From an uncultured archaeon (lineage in GTDB: Archaea > Asgardarchaeota > Thorarchaeia > Thorarchaeales > Thorarchaeaceae), in NCBI GenBank assembly GCA_964648855.1, contig CAZYLT010000021.1, positions 1 through 32,000 of the forward strand: a stretch of DNA of 32,000 nt, read 5' to 3'. Position 1 is the stretch's first letter. Each line of letters starts with the position of its first letter. A model generated the notes under the pieces. It was not told where the DNA came from. It ran no database searches and worked only from the letters and a program-made list of their open reading frames with translations. The translations under genes were made by a program, and so were the position numbers. This document shows, one piece after another, positions 25,240 to 32,000 of this stretch.

Positions 25240-25618
25240 GTTTTGTAGCTGGAATGGTTGAGCATAAATGCATCTTGGTCATTGAGAGGCTGAATGTGTT
25301 CGCAGAGAGCCAAGATATTCTCATCTATTCACGCGTCCTGTTTCCACCACTGACCTCATTTCATCGAAAGGTCTTGATCCAAAACGTCTTCCTCTGTCTC
25401 TTGAAATAGCGATCTCCGCAACAAGCCAGATTGGCATCGACCAAATGTAAATTAGACTCTGTAACTCGATGAATTAGGCAATAGTTCTACACACATTGAG
25501 ACAAGATTGGGAAATAGATGATGAACTAATTTTGGGCAGATTTATGAGGGATAACTATAATCACTATACAGGGAAATGTCACGTCTGAATCAACACTATC
25601 CCAATCTATTTTCTGCTG

Positions 25619-26860
25619 ATGACACAGGTGAGACCGAGTTTGGTGGAGCATAACAAAAAACCCGAATCTGATGAAATCATAGACCATGTGTCATATGAGC
25701 CTATCTCAGTTCGCGAGATTCTCGCTAAGATGAAGACTTACTCCGAACTCATGCTTGACCTTGCTTATTCATCTATCTTGTTTTCAAATCTAGAGCTTAC
25801 AAAGTGGGTCATGGAATTAGAGGAAGAGGTAGATCAGCTAGGCTATCAGCTTCTAATGTCACTCTCTCTCTCAATTCGCGACAAAGATGATGCTGAACTC
25901 GCCGTAGGCCTATTTCGTGTGGCCGGATCAACAAACAAGGTTTCCGACGCGGCAGCGGACATAGCTAGATTGGCTCGGAAAACCGGACAGGTGAATCCAC
26001 TCATTCAAGATATGTTCAGATATGTGGAAGAACATCTCAGAGAGATAGAATTTGTTGAAGAATCAACTTTGATCGGCTCTAGCATAGGAAACCTATGGGA
26101 TGAATACGACATCAATGTCGACACAATCGCAGTCCGAAGAAACGGAAAATGGACTGTAGACCCTAATCGCGATTGGGTCTTCAAGGAAGGAGATGTCGCA
26201 TTTGTGAGAGGGTCACCAAGAGAAGTAACAGAGATTCTTCATATGACATCAGGAAAGGGGCATGGGGTTCCCGAGAGCGAAACTCAAGAGCCTGAGGACT
26301 GCCTAGAACGCCTTCTACTAGATATGAAAGAAACCTCAGAGTTCATGGTATCTTTGGCTTTTGCGGCCGTGAAATATCGTGACTCTGAATTGGCAAAAGA
26401 GGTTGGGGAATTAGAAGAAAGAGTTGACAGACAATGCGATGCCGCCATAAGAGAAATCCTTGCGAGAGAAAGCGAAGTCGTTAATCGAAGGCTAGATTTG
26501 ATTCGGCTGGTGATAGCGAGCGAGCAGATTGCTGATGCTGCTTGGGAAATGGCTGCTGTTCAACTGAGTGGCCTAAAAACACATCCTATTATCGCTTCAA
26601 TAGCTGATGAAGCTGAGGAGATTGTAAGTCGCGTTATAATACAACCTGAGTCGAGTTTGGCAGGCCGAACACTCCGAGAATTGGCGTTGGATGATAACTA
26701 TGGAATCTATGTATTGACGGTGCGGCGTGAGGGTCACTGGTTCCATCGCCCACCGGCCGATTTCACCCTTCGAGAGGGTGATGTGTTGGTCTTTGACGGC
26801 TATAAGGAGGGACTGGAAGACATCAGAAATCTTGCAGACCCTAGCAACGCACAAGAATAG
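25619..26860 (+). CDS. Tandem (PhoU + TrkA-C) domain protein, potassium-transport regulator-like
   Basis: Two copies of MK..SE.M..LA..A......LA..V.ELEE.VD, each followed by an S.L.G..+..L...I.+RR.G.W...P....+.EGD TrkA-C pattern. Confidence 0.85.
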   Translation: MTQVRPSLVEHNKKPESDEIIDHVSYEPISVREILAKMKTYSELMLDLAYSSILFSNLELTKWVMELEEEVDQLGYQLLMSLSLSIRDKDDAELAVGLFRVAGSTNKVSDAAADIARLARKTGQVNPLIQDMFRYVEEHLREIEFVEESTLIGSSIGNLWDEYDINVDTIAVRRNGKWTVDPNRDWVFKEGDVAFVRGSPREVTEILHMTSGKGHGVPESETQEPEDCLERLLLDMKETSEFMVSLAFAAVKYRDSELAKEVGELEERVDRQCDAAIREILARESEVVNRRLDLIRLVIASEQIADAAWEMAAVQLSGLKTHPIIASIADEAEEIVSRVIIQPESSLAGRTLRELALDDNYGIYVLTVRREGHWFHRPPADFTLREGDVLVFDGYKEGLEDIRNLADPSNAQE

Positions 26861-26969
26861 ATTTCTTCCAAGTTCCAACCACCTATAAGTTTCATTGTTA
26901 TTGATTCCGCCGGTGGTGATCGCTTACTCAGATTCAGCTATGCCTAAATGCCAAGTTGATTTTCCGATT

Positions 26970-28202
26970 TCAAACTATAAGCAATAAGGCAAACAGCAAT
27001 GACACCGAGGTCAAACCATCGGCAATAGCCGACCCCACAGGTATTACAAAGTTGTCAGGATCCAACCCTCGATTATAGGTAAATATGGTCAAGAAGATTG
27101 AAATGAAAATCATGGCACTAACAGAGAGAATATTCGTGATGAACAAGCGTCCCATGAACGGCAGTAATATGCTAAACTGAAATATGCCAAAGAGGGTTGC
27201 AGATATTATTCCATAGATAAAAAACATGGTAAGAGATGCACCCCATGCGGAACCAATCTCTCCAAATTGGTGGGTGAATGATTTTAGCTTTGCGTCGATG
27301 ATACCCAAATTCAGCTTTGTGGTTGATGTGGATCCGATGATTGAACCCACATCCCCTACAGTGTCGATGATTGCCGGGTAGACCACATAGATATGAGGAA
27401 CATCGGCCACGACTTGGCTAATTCGATTAAGTGCGGAGCCCGCAATATTCACGAAGATTCCTATTATGAGAAGCACACTTAGAAACTCCATAACGGTTCT
27501 TCTTAGCAAATCTTGGTTGCGATTATCCCAAGTGATTTTCAGGGTCATCGCAAGGAATATCACTGCAATAATAATGACGGCGCTCATGGGAATGGATGAT
27601 GTTGAGAGGGCAATAATTCCCACATAGATAATTGTCACAAAAATATCAGCCACAGTTGATATGACAGGATAAGTAACTACATCAGGGTCAAGCCCTCGCT
27701 GCAATGAAAAGAATGAAACGAGGATAGTTATTGGCGAGATAACTATGAATGAAACGGCTATGGTAGTGAGCATCACAAAAAACATGGCCATAATCTCGTA
27801 TATGTTCAAACCAACAAGAAATACGCCAAAGCCACAGGCATATGCCCACATCATTAGCGCAGATATCATAGAAACTGATGCCATAGTGCTAATCAGTCCA
27901 TAGAACATTTCCGTATTTCCAGTCAATGTGGGCTTCACTGTTCCCAGATGCAAGGCTGTAGAAAGCCGTCCGCTGAAGACTCCTCCAAGAGAGCCTCTAA
28001 CAGTAAGGATTGTGGGATAAAGCAATAACCCCCAAGTGACGCTTGTGATTATGGACGTAGAAGCTGCGAGCAATAGACCCGCAACCAGTCCTCCTAGGTT
28101 GAAAGCGAGCGACATGATGGACCTGCCATAGAATTGTCCCGCCTTCCTCACATTTGTCGGAATCCGTATCATTTCCATCACCTTCCTCCAAGGGGGTTTC
28201 AC
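26970..28202 (-). CDS. MgtE-family (SLC41-like) divalent cation transporter, duplicated membrane domain
   Basis: GRLSTALHLG, GLDPDVVTYPVISTVADI and GLDPDNFVIPVGSAIADG repeats; start may be 28178. Confidence 0.88.
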   Translation of the reverse strand: MKPPWRKVMEMIRIPTNVRKAGQFYGRSIMSLAFNLGGLVAGLLLAASTSIITSVTWGLLLYPTILTVRGSLGGVFSGRLSTALHLGTVKPTLTGNTEMFYGLISTMASVSMISALMMWAYACGFGVFLVGLNIYEIMAMFFVMLTTIAVSFIVISPITILVSFFSLQRGLDPDVVTYPVISTVADIFVTIIYVGIIALSTSSIPMSAVIIIAVIFLAMTLKITWDNRNQDLLRRTVMEFLSVLLIIGIFVNIAGSALNRISQVVADVPHIYVVYPAIIDTVGDVGSIIGSTSTTKLNLGIIDAKLKSFTHQFGEIGSAWGASLTMFFIYGIISATLFGIFQFSILLPFMGRLFITNILSVSAMIFISIFLTIFTYNRGLDPDNFVIPVGSAIADGLTSVSLLFALLLIV

Positions 28203-28581
28203 CTCTGAAAATATACACCTGTGCCAAGTTGTTCGTTACAGGGGAATTAATGCTCGATTGATATTGTGTATCAATAGATTTGCGACAGCTGTGATGATAT
28301 AGTAGTTTTGCAGACATCACAACTGCAATCTCAAGAAGCTGGCACTGGTCCTGCGATTTCATGTAGACGTTACTCACAATCCTCGATGCAATAAAATAAG
28401 GCTTTCTTTCCAAGTTATCTTATGTCATCCTCTTGATACAGTCACTTCACGCATGAATCCTATCTTGAGGACTAGGAGTTCCACAATCAACTGCCCCTCC
28501 GTTGTACAAACGACCGTACAAATTCGCTTGAGAGTTCTCATGTCTTAAATTAAATCCTATATGTGGTGGCGAGGATAAACA

Positions 28582-29389
28582 TTGCTCTCTAAATGGATTA
28601 TGAATAATCGCGTATGTCATCCTTCCTATGCGTTATCATGGCTAATTGCCCTTGCTATGATTTTGGCTTTCAATGAAATAGTCCCCATAGATATTCCATT
28701 CTTTCTGCACTGTATTATTCCTTTAGGCCCCTTACTGTTGGCACTGATTGTGAGCCGGGTTACTGATAATCCGGAGGAGCTCTGAGATTTACTGAATGGG
28801 TATCCAAGTGGCGGGTCCCCCTCTTTTGATTGCTTTAGATGTTCTGCCTGTTTGAGGTCTGTATTTCTTCTCAGGAGCACTCAATATGGCCTTACGTCAG
28901 GCATGGTCGAGCCTTTCATTTTTTGGTAACATTATGTACACGCCCTACCTGACTTTCCTTGGTGCTTGGCTCTTCTGGGTCATCACTTTCGGGATCGGTG
29001 AAGAAGCCGCGTGAAGAGGGTTTCTTTTACACAATCTCCGGAATAAGTACACCCCACTGCTTTCCAGTTTCATCGTAGGGGTGATTTGGACTGGGTGACA
29101 TCTTCCGATGTTGTTCTATCATGAGAATGTCATTTCGATGGGCATCATGGGGATAACATTCTGGATGATTGGACTACTCTTAGGTTCAATCCTTTTGACA
29201 TGGCTATACAACACTACCAGAAGCAGTATTCTCAAGACTGCAATATTGCATGGAACGTTCAATCTCTTTGCAGGCGCGGCTGGCGAAGAGTCAAGGATGA
29301 TTTCGGGAATAGTCAGCATTCTTGTGATTTTTTGGGCACTTCTCTTATTGACGATTAGGAAAAAGGAAGTCATATTTCATCCGAGATGA
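28582..29389 (+). pseudogene. CPBP/CAAX (Abi) intramembrane metalloprotease pseudogene
   Basis: GIGEEAA*RGFL, VIWTG*HLP, LTWLYNTTRSSI..AILHGTFN; stops at 28783, 29012 and 29096 plus frameshifts between about 28790 and 28900. Confidence 0.88.
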
Positions 29390-29651
29390 CCAAAGCACTA
29401 GATTCGCGATTATGGAAAGCAGTCTATGTTGGATTTTTTCATCTATGGTCTGCTTCTATCATTCACTCATAGAAGAAGAGCGTGAGTTAGAGAGATTAGA
29501 ATGAAAATGTATTGATAGTCAGAATACGAGTGTTATGCGAAGATGCATGTCCTCAACTCTTATTTCTAATCCACATATTCGGTTGATTAACCATCCCGCA
29601 ATGACAATTCATCATGGGTTATAGGAGCCAATATTACCATGATAGGATCAC

Positions 29652-30272
29652 CTAGGTCTGGCTCTCATCAAGAATTACAACATCGGTATTGCTGAAAAGG
29701 CTAAGATTCACGTCTTCAATCGAATTTCTGCTAATATCAATTGTCTGCAAATGTGGGCAATTCCTTAGAGGAGAAAGATCCACACTTCTCAGCTGATTAG
29801 AGCTGAGGTTAATCTCTGTCAATTCTCGACAACGTTGCAAAGGACTGAGATCAATTTCCTCTAACAGGTTGCCCTTTAGATACAGTCCTTTCAGCTCGAA
29901 ACAATACCTGAGCGGCTCAAGGTCGATTGCATGTATCCTGTTCCTATTGAGTGATAGCGCAACCAGATGCCTACAAAAACTCAGTGGGGTTAGATCTATG
30001 GACTCTAGTTCATTGCTGTACAAATGCAAGTATTGGAGGGCCTCACAGGATGCTAGGGGTCTAATATCGATTTCACGTATCTTATTGGACCCCAATCTTA
30101 GCCTGCGCAGTCTAGTGACTGAATTAAGAGGATTAAGGTCAATTACATCAATAGATTCTCCTGCAAGATTTATCTCTTCCAGATTCTTTGAAATATTTGT
30201 TTCATGGGTTTCTCCGTCAATTTCATATTTCAGGAGAATACTGTTGCTTTCAGCATCTCTCATTGCATTCAA
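29652..30272 (-). CDS. Leucine-rich repeat protein (22-aa repeats)
   Basis: About 7 copies of L..L.L..N.L..IDL.PL..C. Confidence 0.9.
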   Translation of the reverse strand: MNAMRDAESNSILLKYEIDGETHETNISKNLEEINLAGESIDVIDLNPLNSVTRLRRLRLGSNKIREIDIRPLASCEALQYLHLYSNELESIDLTPLSFCRHLVALSLNRNRIHAIDLEPLRYCFELKGLYLKGNLLEEIDLSPLQRCRELTEINLSSNQLRSVDLSPLRNCPHLQTIDISRNSIEDVNLSLFSNTDVVILDESQT

Positions 30273-30434
30273 CGTCTTCTCAGAATCAGATGCAATAGCA
30301 ATACATGATGTTTACGGAAATTCCCGTTTTGTCCCTCAAGCCTTTTTAATAGGCTCATAGTTTTAGCATATACGGTCCCACATTTCCTAGTAGTTCTACA
30401 CTGTTTTAGGTGGGCTACCAACCAGGTGCATTTG

Positions 30435-31418
30435 ATGGTTCATGCAATTGAGGTCGAAAACCTTACCAAGAAATTCGGCGATTTTGTGGCGGTTGACAAT
30501 ATATCATTCAATGTCGAACAAGGGGAGATTTTTGGATTCTTAGGTCCCAACGGTGCAGGGAAGACGACCACCACGCGCATGCTCACTGGCATATCTACTC
30601 CAACAGCGGGAACCGCGAGAATCATGGGTCACGACATCCGGAACCAGGCTTTCCAAGCGAAGGAATTGATGGGGGTAGTGACGGACTTATCAAATGTATA
30701 TAATGAGTTGAGCGCGTGGGATAATCTGATTTTCACGGCAAAGCTCTATGGTATTCCACGAGGTCAAAGAGGGGAAAGGGCAGAAGAGCTCCTTGAGATG
30801 TTTGGGCTCTCGGACGTTAAGAATCAGGATGTAGCTGAGTTCTCTGGCGGAATGAAACGTCGTCTAACAATTGCAATGGCACTCATCAATGAAGCAAAGG
30901 TGCTATTTCTCGATGAACCCACCGCAGCTTTGGATGTTCAGAGTGTAAGAACCATACGGAATCTGATTTATCAACTGAACGAGGAAGGAACGACAATATT
31001 TCTCACAACACATCATATGGCAGAGGCAAGTGAACTCTGTGACCGAATAGCCATCATAAACCAGGGAGAAATTGGTATAATCGACAGTCCCGAACGACTG
31101 AAGCAGACAATAGAGAGAACGCATTCAATCGAAGTGACACTGACCGAATCCAGTCGGGAAATCATACAGGGTCTGGAAAGGTTAAACTCGGTTCGAAATG
31201 CTAAGAAACACGGTGATAAGTTACGTCTCTACACTGATACCCCAACCGATACCATATCGGATGTCTTCCAATTTTCTCAGGAGCGAAAGATCGGGATTCT
31301 CAGCATTAACACCTTGAGTCCAAGTTTGGAAGACGTGTTTCTAGAATTGACTGGTGAGAAGATTGTGGAACGACCGAAGAAGGGTGGGGCTGGAAAACAG
31401 AAAGGGAAAATGAGGTAA
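30435..31418 (+). CDS. ABC transporter ATP-binding subunit (DrrA-like)
   Basis: GPNGAGKTT, FSGGMKRR, LFLDEPT, TTH, PSLEDVFL. Confidence 0.95.
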   Translation: MVHAIEVENLTKKFGDFVAVDNISFNVEQGEIFGFLGPNGAGKTTTTRMLTGISTPTAGTARIMGHDIRNQAFQAKELMGVVTDLSNVYNELSAWDNLIFTAKLYGIPRGQRGERAEELLEMFGLSDVKNQDVAEFSGGMKRRLTIAMALINEAKVLFLDEPTAALDVQSVRTIRNLIYQLNEEGTTIFLTTHHMAEASELCDRIAIINQGEIGIIDSPERLKQTIERTHSIEVTLTESSREIIQGLERLNSVRNAKKHGDKLRLYTDTPTDTISDVFQFSQERKIGILSINTLSPSLEDVFLELTGEKIVERPKKGGAGKQKGKMR

Positions 31419-31422
31419 GAAG

Positions 31423-32000
31423 ATGAGCTCACGTGACAAAATACACATAAGAATGGGAAAGGAGCTATCCCGTGCTTGGGCAATTGCATGGAAAGACATA
31501 CGCGCCTATTACGCATCGCCCCCCACGTTGATGTTTGGAATTCTGTTTCCTTTTGCTCTCTTCTTTACCTTTACAATCGGAAGAAATCTTCCAGTAGACC
31601 GGATGTTACCAATCCTTTTTGCTCAGACAATCTTTTGGGCGTCTTCTACAGTGGGCCCAGTTGTCATTCCCCTTGAACGTCGCATGAAGACATTCGATAG
31701 ATATCTTAGCGCACCAATGTCACTCATGTCTGTTATTCTGGGTAAATCGATGGCTGGCTTCATCTACGGTGCAGTTGTTTCAGTAGTACCCTTGATTACA
31801 GGCTTCTTTTTGTTTGGATTTTCATTAGTGGCAATAATTCCCTTCTTTTTGGGAATTGTGCTCTCATGTGTTGCGTTTGCAGCTATGGGCATTATGTTCG
31901 CGTCTGTTCCTACCGAGTCGGTTGGCAATATCATGATGCCCATGAACTTCATACGAATTCCACTTCTCTTCATCAGTGGTATCTTCATTCCTATCACTGA
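31423..32000 (+). CDS. ABC-2 type permease, runs off window end
   Basis: Manual translation: MSSRDK..RAWAIAWKDIRAYY..ERRMKTFDRYLSAPMS....LGK..PLLFISGIFIPIT. Confidence 0.9.
   Translation, partial: MSSRDKIHIRMGKELSRAWAIAWKDIRAYYASPPTLMFGILFPFALFFTFTIGRNLPVDRMLPILFAQTIFWASSTVGPVVIPLERRMKTFDRYLSAPMSLMSVILGKSMAGFIYGAVVSVVPLITGFFLFGFSLVAIIPFFLGIVLSCVAFAAMGIMFASVPTESVGNIMMPMNFIRIPLLFISGIFIPIT

Noticed and set aside
28783-29098. TGA recoded as Trp
   Set aside because: TGG is used elsewhere in the same gene, frameshifts coexist, and intact genes in the window end in TGA.

Overview
Archaeal genomic window, most likely Asgard/Thorarchaeia-like (inferred from archaeal-type tRNA-Gly, NosD/Ig surface protein, 22-aa LRR protein, PhoU-TrkA_C and MgtE genes). 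Ordinary genes sit at both edges: ABC transporters, PadR, DGC protein, oligopeptidase B, methyltransferase and K+/Mg2+ transport. Between them is a roughly 20 kb mosaic island organised around one intact tRNA-Gly(TCC) at 12210-12284. Left of the tRNA are a promoter-preceded 5' tRNA half and a ~55-60-nt-period array. Each array unit is a variable hairpin, then 17 nt of tRNA-Gly positions 21-37 (ATGAT-N6-CTTCCA), then a conserved non-tRNA tail CTGATAYGTCC. Further copies of the motif lie at 1855, 6013 and 11776, the last two inside a duplicated ~340 bp block. Right of the tRNA are a candidate omegaRNA, a 564-aa TnpB-like RuvC nuclease with a rearranged (Fanzor-type) catalytic site, a divergent 1538-aa RecB/Cas4-like PD-(D/E)xK protein and an Mre11/Rad50-like pair. 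Two 3' tRNA-Gly halves of different alleles (18978, 22144) delimit these blocks, and the second is followed by an orphan copy of the omegaRNA-like sequence. The variable hexamers of the array match the anticodon stems of the three tRNA-Gly alleles present. My main hypothesis (inference) is a tRNA-targeting mobile system in which the array is either a multi-allele guide array for the TnpB-like nuclease or a multi-allele att-site array. I could not recognise an integrase, transposase or cas1/cas2 in the window.
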